From Macrostomum lignano (taxonomy: Eukaryota), in the NCBI GenBank assembly GCA_002269645.1, contig NIVC01004453.1, positions 1 through 45,307 on the forward strand: DNA of 45,307 nt, given 5' to 3'. This document shows, one piece after another, positions 1 to 12,313 of the stretch (position 1 is its first letter; the number at the start of each line of letters is the position of its first letter). The notes beneath the pieces were generated by a model. It ran no database searches and was not told the origin of the DNA. It was given only the letters and a program-made list of their open reading frames with translations. The position numbers and the translations under genes were made by a program.

Positions 1-539
1 AAAATTCAAGGTTTAAGGTTTAATAGCATCTATACTAATGATGATATCTATATGAAACTCTATAAATATATTCTAGACAAAATAATATTTCATTTAAAAT
101 ATTGGTTTAGTATATTCTATTATTAGATTTCATTTTATAAGTAAAAATAGCCTGTCATGTTACGACCATACTTATATGGAATGAGCCTGCAGACAATTCA
201 TTTGCAGCTTATAGGCATTGATTTTTGTGCTCTAAAATGGAATAGCATGGTAAAATGCAAACCTTATAGCATAGGCTAAAGTAAAAACAAAATGGTAAAT
301 TATTAAAAGAGATATAATAGATACAATGAAAATAATCATATTCAAAATTGTCATATAATGCTAAAAACTTGAACAAGTCTATAAGTCTATATAGCGTATC
401 TTAAAATTATAAAATTATAGATGATAGATTGAGAGAAATTGAGAAATTATTAGATTGCCTCACTGCCCTTGCCTAAAAGATAAAAACTTGTTTAATTTGA
501 TTACTTTGTATTTGGTTATAGATGATACTGAATACCAGT

Positions 540-800
540 ACTGGACTATTTATCTAACCAGCTATTTGTCTGTTAGTTTTCAGGCAGACAAATAGTCCAA
601 ATTGAAAAGTTAAAAAAATTTCTAAATGGTACTACACTGAGATTGCTAAAACATGTCACTAAAGCATCTTGTCACCAATGTGTCTAAAAACCTATGTTGG
701 TTACCATATCCACTATTTAGCACTAGTAGATGAATCGCGAATAGTCCATTGGCCATTTTCCTATGGTAGACAAATAGTCCGACAGACAAATAGTCTTAGT
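540..800. repeat. Small foldback/MITE-like element built from GACAAATAGTC motifs
   Basis: GGACTATTTATC and GCTATTTGTCTG at 543-572 are reverse complements of CAGACAAATAGTCC at 586, 767 and 783; the arrangement is an imperfect inverted terminus; no TSD established. Confidence 0.4.
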
Positions 801-1261
801 TCTATATGATTTTGATGGTTTACTATGACAAATAAGCTTTAAGTTATAAATTGTTTTGTTGGCAAACAAAAATATTGCCAACATTGGCACAATGAGCTAA
901 GGGTCACTAGTTAGATTGTCATAGTCATATTCCATTTTGTCATATCGGATGACAAAGTTACCAGAAGCAAAGTAGCTTAAAAATAATATAACGAAGTGGC
1001 CAAATATTTAGTTATGCTGGATAGATACTTTGTCATCAACCAATCAATCTGTGTAGGATTCGAGTTTGTTTTTTTGTTTAATAAATAGGGCCTATAAGCT
1101 GTGGCAAGTAGAACTGATCAATTGACAGGTTTTATCAATTGAGATAACAAAATGACTGGGATGATTAGGATCCCAAGATGAAGATATGTTTGATTGTTAC
1201 ATTAATTCACTTGAAGTTGGAACTAATATGATTAGTGGATGACAAAATGACTCTCTTTAAA

Positions 1262-3306
1262 TCTCTACATATAAAAATCAAAACTCCGTTGTGTATGTGT
1301 GTGTGTCTGTGTACAAATTTGATCACTATGGACTCCCAAACCGCTCAACCAAATGACACCAAACTTTACACCTACCCTAAACTTACTATGGAGAATGTCT
1401 TAGGCTACCTTTAAATTTCCTAGACTCAAGTCTTCCTACCTAAAAGTACAAAAAACTGCTCAAAATGTGCGATTTTTTCACTAAATCCTCTATAGCGCCA
1501 CTCCACTTCTACCGATTCTCTTCAAAATTGACACAGACAATTTTCAACTATTTTGACACAATTGTGTAAAATTTCAAGTCTCAAAGTTAATCCTGAAAGC
1601 CGCTGTGCACTTTTAAAGTTAGGCTGTTTTTTTCAGCGTAGCAACCACCCCAACCTCCGCCCGCCTGCCTCTCTTTCCCAATCCCGATCTGGGCCCAGAT
1701 GTGTAAAAGGGTTTCAAAATTGACTAACTTTCAGTTGCCATAAGTTTGCTCCATGTAAAGCGATTGACTCCCAACTTGACACAATTCTTCATTGACTCAT
1801 TCTCTATCTAAATGTAAAGTTTCAACTCTGTAACTCAACCGAAATAGAAACTGTAAGCATGTGAAGTTTGTCTGCTTTTTCTGTTGTTTGTGCCACTCAC
1901 TCACTCATTCCCCCAGAGCCAGATGAAGGGTCAGGCGATAGGACTGAATGTACATAGCAAATGTACAGTGTTTTGGAATAACTTTATTTATAGCCTTCTC
2001 GCAATCTCGCACCCCGAGAGTGGAGAGGCTACGTTTAGCCATAACAGTTTAGTGAGAAATTCTAACCACTGCCCTCCGCTCTGTATTGGCAAACTCTGCA
2101 GCAGTTTAACAGTGGATGGCAATTGGCAAATCGAGGCAATCCAGCATGGTTTGTAAAAGAGAAATATTTATGTGAAAAGGCGATGCGATGCAATGAAATA
2201 CAACCCTACTAAATTAGGCATACCATGGAAATTTTAAGTTTCTCTTAAAAGTACGTTGAAATTTAAATGGCCTAAGAAATGCGTATTTCCTTGGTTGTTA
2301 GACCGATGAAGACTGCAGTGGAGCTGAAGATACACAAATTCCTTTCAGGGCTGCAAATTGGCAAGAAAGATGACGTGATCAAAGCATGAGAATAACGATG
2401 AGAGTAGTACGTCCCACAAACTGGCTTTCGAAGCAGGGATCGACAGACTTTTACTTCAAAAGCCAGATAAAAAATCCAGCTTATGTGCGGGCCAGATGAG
2501 AGTGGAAAGGAGAAGGAATAGACTATTAGAAGAGAGGAGAGGCGAGAGGGGGATATGATAAAACATGAAAGATAAGAGGAGAGACAAGTGGTGAGGAGAG
2601 AGCAGAGAAGAAGGGAGGAAGAAGCGAGAGGAGGGGAGAAAGGAGGGAGAGGAAAGAGTAAAGGTGAGAAGAGGGGAGAGAAGAGACAGAGGATCAATGA
2701 GAGGAGAGTAAAGAAGAGTGAGAAGAGAGTAGAGATGAGAGAGCAGAAAGAAGATGACAGAGGTTCAAGAGGAGAGCAGAGAGTAGAAAGGATAGAGAAG
2801 AGAGGAGATAAGAGGAGATAAGAGGGGAGAGAGGAGTGAGAAGAGAAGAGATAGAGATAATAGAGGGGTGTAAGAAGAGGGGAGAAAGGAGAGATGAGAT
2901 TGTAGAGATGAGACAAATGAAAGGAGAGATGAGAGAGTAAAGATGAGAGATGAAAAAGGTGAGAGGAGAGTGCAGAGAGACGAGAGAAGATAATAGAGGA
3001 GAGAGAGTATAGAAGAGGGAAGAGAAAAGAAGAGAGGAGTAAGGAAAGAGAGGAGTCAGAAGAGGTGAAAGAGAAGAGTACAGAGGAGATAAGTGAGAGA
3101 ACGTATAAGAGAGTAAAGTTGACAGATGAGAGAGCAGAGATGAGAGTGAACAGACGAGAGATGGGAGAGTAGAGAGAACAGATGAGAGATAAGAGAGAAG
3201 AGATTACAGAGACTAGAGGAGAGAGGAGAGACAGGGAGAGAGAAGAGGAAATATGAGAAAGAAGAAGGGAGAGAGTAGAGAGGAGAAGAGAGATGGGAGA
3301 GGAGAG

Positions 3307-3385
<79 letters not shown>

Positions 3386-4202
3386 CAGAGCAGAGCAGAG
3401 AGAAATGACAAGAGATAAGAGAGAAAAGATAAAAGAAGAGAAAGGAGAGATAAAAACGCAGACAAGAGAGAAGAGAGGTGAGGGAAGAGACGAGTGACGA
3501 GGGGAGAGAGAAGAGATAAACAAGAAAAGAGATAAGAGGAAAGAGAGAGAGGAAAGAGGTGAGAGAAGAGACGAGAGAAGAGGGGAGAGAGGAGAGAGAG
3601 AGGAAAGAGTAGAGAGGAGAGATGAGAGAGTAGAGAAGAGAGTTAAGAGAAGAGAGAAAAGAATAGAGAGGAGAAGGAAGAGACGAGAGAAGAGGGGGAG
3701 AGAGGAGAGAGAAAAGAGAAAACAAAAAAATAGAGAGGAGAGAGGAGAGGAGAGAGAAAAGAAGAGGGAAGAGATGAGATAACAGATATGAAAGAGAAGA
3801 GAGATGAGGGAAGATATGAGAGAAGAGAGAAGAGAAGAGAGAGGAGAGAGGAGAGAGGAGAAACGAGGGACGAGAGAGAAGAGAGGAAACAGAAGAGACG
3901 ATAGAAATTTTAAAGGATCCAAGGGACGTAGGGAGAGTCAGGGAAAGGCCAGAGTTTGCCAATATATGTTTTAGAGTCGGACAGACATTGCCTGACATTC
4001 TTCGGAGTACCCCAGCCAACAATATCAATGTTTGCCTCAAACCCTAATTTTAAACAAATGTGCTCCATTTTATGTCTACTCTATCCTACGAACTATTAAC
4101 AAGTTTTTGTTTGTTTATGGCCTTAGATTTCAGAATACATGCAAAAGTAGTTCTGGGGATTAGAATTCCCCGGGTTCAAAATCCGCGGGTTTCAACAGCT
4201 TG
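1262..4202 (+). mobile_element. Non-autonomous Helitron-like element, copy A
   Basis: Starts A|TCTCTACATATAAAAATC followed by a TG microsatellite; ends with GC hairpin CCCGGGTTCAAAATCCGCGGG about 11 nt before CAGCTTG|T; no TSD; both ends are defined by where similarity to the inverted copy at 7528-10642 stops. Confidence 0.7.
2500..3900 (+). repeat. ~1.4-kb purine-rich (GA) low-complexity tract inside Helitron-like copy A, including a pure (GA)n run at ~3311-3372
   Basis: Almost exclusively G/A on the + strand; explains the Leu/Ser-rich ORFs on the - strand. Confidence 0.95.
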
Positions 4203-4946
4203 TAGTGCATAATAATCAAGATGACAAAGTGACCATGGTTAAAGTAAGCACCCTTGACACCTAGATGACAAAATGGCAAATGACAAAATAACTAGGAACC
4301 AAGCTAAGATCTCTATGCAACCAATGCAATAGCAATTAAGCAACATATATATGTAAGCCTATTATAAGACAATTTTCAAGTTCCTTATTGTCTATAGTCA
4401 AACTGCCAATGAACAGCAAAAACTTTACACACTATAATAGAGAGAAAACCATAATAGGATATTCCCAAATGGCTTTATTGGGTTCAGTACATTGACCCAA
4501 CAATTCCTTCAAGTTTCGAATAAGGCTTATGAAGTCCCATCCCATGCATGGCGTGTGCCATGCCATGTAGCAATAGCATAGCCTTGCTATATTTTACTTC
4601 TAGTTATTTGTTATTTGTCAACTTGTTATAGATCACTGATGTCTTGATTTGACCATAGACCTTTTTTTCAAGTTGAAAAATGTTCAAATGTTCTAGCCAT
4701 AAGCCATAGACTAACATAGGCCTAGACCATAGATAGACATAGCCTAGGCCTAGTCATAAAATGATATCACTGTCAGCAATGCATGCATGCATGCAGCATG
4801 GTGTTTGTCCATGGATATTTTTGCAATAATATTCAAGTTATACCAATTGCAAAAAAGAACTTGTACAACAGCTAGGGCCTACAGCTCAGATTCACATGAA
4901 AATCACAGAAAATAAAAAAATTAGGCCTATTACACACCAAATAACT

Positions 4947-5230
4947 GGACCTTTTCATATTGCTTGTTCAATGTTCTGGTTCCAGAACCAGAACCAATTG
5001 GTAAAGAATAACTTTTTTCTCCATAACTAGAGGGAGATATGTGCTGTAAGTGTAAAGTTTTTATTTTTGAATGACAATTGCCAAGAACTTCAAGAAGAAA
5101 GTGAAAATTTGTGCTAAGTGAGGTTGTTGTTAAGGCAGTCAAATATTAACAGAGTTAAATAGTTATACTGCTGTTTTTCTTGGAATTCCGAACCGATTCT
5201 GGTTCTGGAATTGGTTATATGAAAAGGCCC
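4947..5230. mobile_element. PIF/Harbinger-like MITE (284 bp)
   Basis: TIR GGACCTTTTCATAT / ATATGAAAAGGCCC, subterminal TCTGGTTC inverted motifs, 3-bp TSD ACT at 4944-4946 and 5231-5233; a diverged copy of its left ~100 bp sits at ~6052-6150. Confidence 0.6.
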
Positions 5231-5257
5231 ACTAGCTGTGTGCCATGGTCAGGAAGG

Positions 5258-5850
5258 TGCAGCGTGTGCGCCGGAATAACATCCATCAAAATTTTTGTTG
5301 TGCGCCGCGTGCGCCGAGAAAAAAAAATTACTTGTGCGCCATGCGCCGAGAAAAATACACTTGAAAAAGCACCATCAAGTATTAAGTATCTAAATTGAAT
5401 CAATATCAATGGAAGTTCAAGCAGTTCAATCATAGCTTCTATTTGCAAAATATAAGCAAAAAGACGCAACAAAAGCCGCGAAAGGCGCAAATTTGTTAAG
5501 TTTGTTAAGTCGATTAATGAAATTTGAAATAGAAACAACATTGGAAATAACGACTATCGTATCGACTATCGTTTATTTTATTGATTGATTGACATTTAAT
5601 ATACAATATCATTATTATATTGTCACGTACACTGACGTACCTTGTGCGCCATGCGCCGAGCCATGCACCGATGCACCGAGCCATGCGCCGATTGCGCGCG
5701 GCGCAGTGAAGTGTGCGCCGTGCGCCGGCAAATTGCTGATTTGCGCCGGAAAATTCCGAGGATTCTACCGTCTTCCTGGCTGTGGGCTGTGTGAACCACA
5801 ACCACCGGTCAACCAAACGAACAAGTTCGTGGTAAAATCTGCGCCGAATA
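5258..5850. repeat. CpG-rich island with about a dozen co-oriented TGCGCCG motifs
   Basis: TGTGCGCCATGCGCCGAG at 5334 and 5643, with variants at 5266, 5301, 5712, 5742 and 5840, in an otherwise AT-rich region. Confidence 0.6.
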
Positions 5851-6530
5851 TACGCAAACGTCTACTGGCAAAATTTTAGCAAAGAGTTAATATTTCATTT
5901 AAGTAAATTTTATAGCTCTTTTAAAAAGCTATTCCTAACTACTTTGATTGTTAGTTCAGCCTTAAAGGCTTTGCTTATTGTTTAAAAATTTACTTTTGGC
6001 TAAATTTTAAATGAAATAATTTTACCTTGGCTTAAACTTAAATATTGAGCTAGGCTTTTCATATTGCACTTGTTCTTATTATTCTAGAACCAGAAACACT
6101 TTGTAAAGTATAATTTTTTGTCTCCTTAACTAGAGGGATATACTTGCTATACTTGCGCAAGGATCTTAGCTCATGGCGGCAGCGTGTTCTTGTTTGCAAA
6201 CAAATTAAAACGATTTATAACTTTAGGCTTATTCACACTTACCATCAAACGAGCCATCAAAATATGCAGTCAAATACGTAAAGGAGTCAAATTAAACAGC
6301 CTTTATAGGCCAGGGCAGTATAATCTCGATCATGCATGTACATTGTTGACCCTGTACAATTTAGAAGTGTACATTGAGTTCTGTGATCTCACAATGATGT
6401 AAATGTGTAAATAGGCCTATTGCATGAATGAGATAGGCCTATATACTATGCATATGCTTAAACTGAATTTTGAGCACTCCTGCAACGCTTTTACTGCAGT
6501 TTAACTTTATATAAACGGGGCAAACTCTAC

Positions 6531-6812
6531 TGGAGTGTTGATGAATCATGAACTGATAAAGGCCGTGCAAAGCTCCTGCTATATATGCTACTCTAGCTGC
6601 TACACAAGGAGGCCAATGTTGCTGCTATGCAGGCAGAACTGGTACTACATGGCTCCAAAAGTCATGACCATCGTGCAAAATACGCCAAACTGCAGATGCG
6701 ACTCAGTGAGCTGTGGAGATTGTACACAACTAGGCAGCTAAGCATCTGCAGATTCATATATGCCTGCAGTCAGCTTCAGCCTAAAGGATTGCAATTAAGG
6801 ATTGCAAGCTAG
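6531..6812 (+). pseudogene. Decayed C-terminal fragment of a Mutator-like (MULE) transposase
   Basis: Frame reads WSVDES*TDKGRAKLLLYMLL*LLHKEANVAAMQAELVLHGSKSHDHRAKYAKLQMRLSELWRLYTTRQLSICRFIYACSQL, matching the remembered animal MULE C-terminal pattern (WSV..LPFY.LI.LLHKEA..RKKY..LQ.RI..LW..Y..G..S...L.ACS); two in-frame stops; the RTNN motif is missing. Confidence 0.65.
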
Positions 6813-7789
6813 CTTTTGCTTTGAATTTTTAATTTGTGACCTTTTTATTTACTAAAACTGAAATATGAATTTAGCTTTTAATTTTGAACTAAATTTATTG
6901 CATCATTATGGCATCTAGGCCCTAGCCTTATAAAAATGTTAGCTAGGCCCTATAATAACGTAGTTTATTTTTATCTTTGTGTTTTTTCTTAATTGGCCAA
7001 TAATTGATACTTAGGCCCTATATCAACAAATATGAAATATAGGCCTTACATTAAACTCGCATTCTTTGCTAGGCCTATTCTCTTTGCATAAATTTGTTTT
7101 GATATTTGTCACCCTTTCTACTATTCTATTATTAAATTATAGTCTCAGTAATCAGGCAATCAGCAATAAGCATTAATTGGCATGCTTAGTATAAAAATTA
7201 CAGGTGCATTCAAGGGATTTTTGCCTGAAAATAGGGAAATCCTAAATTAATACACCCTTGCCTTTGGCTAAAGTAATCATATTTAAATGTTTAAGTCTTC
7301 TAGATTTGTTGAAGTTGTCATCACTCATCATCATATGACGATTTTGAATATGACAATTTCAACTGCACCCATAGTCATAGGCCTAGGCCTATCTTACTTT
7401 TGGAAAATTGGTCAACTAATAGAAACTAATAAAACTTTTCATATCTTAATGTTAAATAATCAATGTTTTTTATAATTATATAATATTCAATATTTTGCTT
7501 AGGCCTAGGGTTATTTTTATTAGGCAACAAGCTGTTGAAACCCGCGGATTTTGAACCCGGGGAATTCCAATCCCCAGAATTATTTTTGCATGTATTCTAA
7601 AATCTGAGGTCAAACTCAAATAAAAACTTGTTAATAGTTAGGATAGAGTTAAACATAAAAAGTGTACATTCATGTAAAATTAGGATTTGAGGCAAACATT
7701 GATATTGTTGGCTGGGGTGCTGCGCAGAATGTTAGGTAAACTCAGGCCTCTACCTCTGCCTCTCCCTATGTCCTTTGCATCCTTTGAAA

Positions 7790-9380
7790 CTTCCATCTTC
7801 TTTTCTGTTTCCTATCTTCTGTCTCGTCTCTTCTCTCTCTGTCTCCTGTTATCTTTTCTTTCTTCTTTCCTGTCCTCTCTCCTCTTTCGTCTCTTCTCTC
7901 GTCTCTTCCCTCTCCCCTCTATTCTTTTCTCTCTCCTCTCCTCTCTTCTCTCTGGTCTCTGGTCTCTCATATCTCCTTTTTCTTCTTTTATCTCTTCTCA
8001 TTTCTCTCTGCTCTCTACTCTCTCTTCCCTCTACTCTCTACTCTCTCTTCCCTCACCTCTCTTCTCACTCCTTACTCTACCCTCTCTCAACACTTTCCTT
8101 ATCTCTACTCTCTCCTTTTTCCTCTCTTCTCTCAACTCTCTCCTCTCATGTCTTCTATTGTCTCTTCCCTCACCTCCTCTCTTGTCTTTGCTCTCTTATC
8201 TCTCATTTCTCTTCTTTTATCTTCTCTCTCTTATCTTTTCTCATTTCTCTGCTCTCTCTCCTCTCCCCCTCTCTCTCATCTCTCATCTCTCACTGCTCTC
8301 TCCTGTCCTATCTCTCTTCTCTCTAATCTCTCCCCTCTTTCCTCTCCTCTCTCGTCCTTTTCACCAATTTCCCCTGTCCTCTCGATTCTCTCCCTTCCCC
8401 TCCTCTCTCCTCACTCACTTCTCATCTCTCCCTTGTCTCTACCTCTCATCCTTTATTTCTTATCTCTCCTCTTTTCTCTCTACTCTCCCATCTCTTGTCT
8501 GTTTACTCTCGTTTCCACTCTCTCATCTCCCCTCTCTTATCTGTCATCTTTACTCTCATATGTTCTCTCACCTCTCTCCCCTTGTACTCCTCTCTTTCCC
8601 CTTTTTGACTCAGGAGGACTCGATCTTTTCTTCTTTCTTCTCATCTCTTCTCTTCTCTCTTCTATACTCTCTCCCTCTCTTGTCTTCTCTCTTCTCTCTC
8701 ACTCTCCTCTCTCCTCTCTTATATCGTCTGTTCACTCTCATCTTTGCTCTCTCATTTCCCTCTCTCTTCTGTCATCTTTACTCTCCTCTCTATTGTGTAC
8801 TCTTCTCTTTCCCCTCTTCTGACTCCTCTCTTTCCTTACTCCTCTCTTCTCTTCCCTTTTCTATACTCTTCCCCCTCTATTCTCTTTTCTTGTCTCTCTG
8901 CACTCTGCTCTCTCTTCCTTCATCTCTCATCTCTACTCTACTCTCTCATATTTCCTTTCATCTCACTCATCTCTACAATCTCATCTCTTTCCTCTTTCCT
9001 CCTCTTCCCTTTACTCTATAATCTCTCCTTTGTCCTCTCTTCTTTCTTAACTCTCTCTCTCTCTCTTTTCACTCCTCTCTCCCTCTCTCTCTCCCCTCCT
9101 ATCTCCTCTCTGTTCTCTTATTCTCTATTCTCTTCTCACTCTTCTCTACTCTCCTCTCTCATCGATCCTCTGTCTCAGCTCTCCCCTCTTCTCTCTCCAT
9201 CTTCTCACCTCTACTATTTCCTCTCCCTTCTCTCTCCCCTCCTCTCGCTTCTTCGTCCCATATTCTCTGCTCTCTCCACAACCTCCTTGTACGTCTCTCC
9301 TATTATCTTCTATCTTTTCTTTTATCCCCTCTCGCCCCTCCTCCCTTTTTAATAGTCTATTCCTTTTCCTTTTCACTCTC
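7790..9380 (+). repeat. ~1.6-kb pyrimidine-rich (CT) tract inside copy B (the GA tract of the element read on the - strand)
   Basis: Almost exclusively C/T; shares landmark words with the tract in copy A (e.g. GAGTCAGAAGAGG, GAGTGAACAGACG on the element strand). Confidence 0.95.
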
Positions 9381-10552
9381 ATCTGGCCCGTACCCATGAG
9401 CTGGATTCTTTATCTGGCCTTTGAGATAAAAATCTGCCAATCCCTGCTTCGAAAGCCAGTTTGTGGGACGTAGTACTATCATGGTTGTTATCATTTCTCA
9501 TGCTTTAATCACGTCATCTTTCTGGTCAATTAGCAGCCCTGAGAGGAATTTGTATATCCCCAGCTCCACCATCACAGTCTGCAGCAGTCTAACAACCATG
9601 GAAATACGCATTTCTTAGAAGGCCATTTAAATTTTCAAGTACCTTATGCGAATCTTAATGTTAAAATTTTCATGGTGTAACTAATTTAGTAGGATTGCAT
9701 TGTAATCAGTTATTAATTTTTCAATATTTTTACAAACCATCCCACATCGCCTTGATTTGCCATCCTTGTTTAACTGCTGCAGACTTGTCTATTCAGAGGA
9801 CAGTGGTTTGAAATTGAATATCTTGCTAAACTCTCTCCTCTCCACGCCTCTCCACTTGCGGGGGGGGGGGTACAGAGAAGGCTATTAAAAAGTTATTCCA
9901 AAACACTGTACATTCGCTATGTACATTGAGCCCTATCGCCTGACCCTTCGTCTGGGCTGGGGGAGTGAGTGAGTGAGCGGCACAAACAACAGAAAAAGCA
10001 GACAAACTTCACATGCTTACAGTTTCTGTCCTGATTGAGATACAGAGTTGAGACTTTACATGTAGGCAGAGAATGAGTCAATAAAGAATTGTGTCAAATT
10101 TGAAGTCAATTGCTTCACATGGAGCAAAACTATGGCAGCCGAAAGTTAGGCATTTTAAAACCTATTCACACCCTTTGCCCAGATCGGGAAAGAGAGGCAG
10201 GTGGGTGGAGGTTGGGGTGGTTGCTACGCTGAAAAAAACAGCCTAACTTTAAAAGTGCACAGTGGCTTTCAGGATTAACTTTGAAATTTGAAATTTTACA
10301 CAATTGTGTCAAAATAGTTGAAAATTGCCTGTGTCAAATTTGAAGAGAATCGGTAGAAGTGGAGCGGCACTATGGAGGATTTAGTGAAAAAATCGCGCAT
10401 TTTGAGCAGTTTTTTGTACTTTTAGGTAGGAAGACTTGAGTCTAGGAAATTAAAAGATAGCCTAAGACATTCTCCATAGTAAGTTTAGGGTAGGTGTAAA
10501 GTTTGGTGTCATTTGGTTGAGCGGTTTGGGAGTCCATAGCAAACAAAATTGT

Positions 10553-10553
<1 letters not shown>

Positions 10554-10612
<59 letters not shown>

Positions 10613-10620
10613 AGAGAGAG
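10554..10620. repeat. (CA)n then (AG)n microsatellite at the 5' end of Helitron-like copy B
   Basis: About 28 perfect CA units; the equivalent position in copy A (1290-1312) is a short imperfect TG run. Confidence 0.95.
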
Positions 10621-12313
10621 TTTTGATTTTTATAGGTAGAGATTTATTTTTGTCTTAAAAATTGCTTTTTACTATTTTTGTCCCAATTTTTGTTTGTTGT
10701 TATTGTAACAATTAGTCAAACCAATTACCAATTATTTTTATAGGTAACACAAGATAAATACTTTAATATCTAAGCTTAAATAAAGTCATTAGGCCTATGC
10801 CTATATTCATAATGTAAAGTATAGGCCTAATATTAAACCTAAGAAAACTAAGATTGGGGGCCTAGGATTCTTTGACACATAAGGCCCTCTTAGATAAGGA
10901 ATTGACCCAATTTTTATTACTTATTGGTTGATGATATAGTATCAAGACTAGACAAAAACCTACCTAGTCAATTTGTCATTTATGCAATCTTATTTATGAC
11001 AATGTCACTTTCATACTTATTTACTTCTTTCCTATTTTGTGTGAATAGTGTTGTATATATAAAACATATATCATCTTTTTCTATATGTACATCACATTTA
11101 AATTTAATCTTATTTAATTTATTAGCTTTGATGTTTTTTGTTATACCATATGATAGAAGTTAGCAGTATAGGCCCTATAAAATGTATTTCAAATCTATAT
11201 TTACTCTCGCTGCCTTGCTCATGCCTTCCTCCACACTGTCTCATTATTACAATACTACTAATACTATGGTATGCTCAAGTTGCTATCTATAGTATTAGAT
11301 GTTCTAGATTACTATCAATTATGAATTTATTAAAATAAATTCTCAATATCTAATGCTACATTAACATTGTTCAATACTACATTGTAAATAGTTGTTCTAA
11401 ATTTGTCACTTATTGACCACACCTAGTCCTAGACTCTTAGTGACTTATTTGACTTAGGAATAGGGGTCTTGATCTTGATCTTGATCTTGGTTTAAGATCT
11501 TAAAAAATCAAGATTTGTGATTATATGATTATTGTTAATGGGTTCTATCTACATTCTAGATCATGTTGTAGTATACATTTGAAAATTTGGTTGTGCATTG
11601 GCTTTGCATGCCAAAAGTAGGCCTAGATATATATAGTTGGCATGCATCACTCCTAAGAAAAGTATTTATTAAGCTTATAATAAAGCATTTAAACAAATCT
11701 TTGCATGTATCAATTTTTCTTTGTGAATAATATTGCCAAAAGAACAAAAAAATTAACAAAGCCTACTAAAAAGGCTTTTGTTATGCAATTCAAAAAAGGT
11801 CATTTATTGTCATAATATAAAAAAGTCATTTATTGTTGCAACACTGGGCCAGTATTGAAAATGGTTATATATTCAATTTTTTGGTATGCATTTATAACTA
11901 TTCAATTTTTGTTCAGGCATATACCGTATGACCAATTGATTTTCATTGGTCTTTGATAGCCAATTGGAGCAACTTGAAGGCTTAAATGCATTGTTAAAGC
12001 TTAAATAACTTTAACTTATACTATAAGTTGAAAGACTTAGGTGCATTAGAACAAAAAGGTTGTGGAACTTTATAGAACTTAATCACTTCTTATATTGAAA
12101 TAGACTATTTTAAACTTTTAAAAGACTTTTAAATATTTGATAAATCTGGGGTAAATTCAATTAAAAAATAGTCTATAAGATTACTCAAATTGCATTGTTT
12201 CTTGGTCTATAACCCATGTAGCTCATATTAAGTAATGATCAAGAATTTTGTACATCAAAACACCCTATTGCACCTTGTTTTGCAGTAGAGGACCTGACAT
12301 TAAAAGTGCAAGC

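Larger units (their letters stand above)
7528..10642 (-). mobile_element. Non-autonomous Helitron-like element, copy B (inverted relative to copy A)
   Basis: Reverse complement starts A|TCTCTACCTATAAAAATC and ends CCGCGGGTTTCAACAGCTTG|T; colinear with 1262-4202 throughout, roughly 80-90% similar by eye in the unique parts. Confidence 0.7.

Noticed and set aside
2280-2500. Possible captured gene fragment in the Helitron-like element (..ELGIYKFLSGLLIDQKDDVIKA*EMITTMIVLRPTNWLSKQG..)
   Set aside because: No family recognised; has a stop and a frameshift; substitutions between the two copies are not clearly biased to synonymous sites
2272-4040. Long Leu/Ser-rich ORFs (397, 288 and 275 aa) and their mirrors at 7687-9352
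   Set aside because: CT-rich strands cannot encode stop codons; ORFs are open in all frames of the low-complexity tract
1262-10642. A single giant Foldback/MULE element with 3-kb TIRs
   Set aside because: No TSD at the outer ends, each arm has its own Helitron-type 5' and 3' end, and solo fragments occur elsewhere; not fully excluded because of the MULE relic in the spacer
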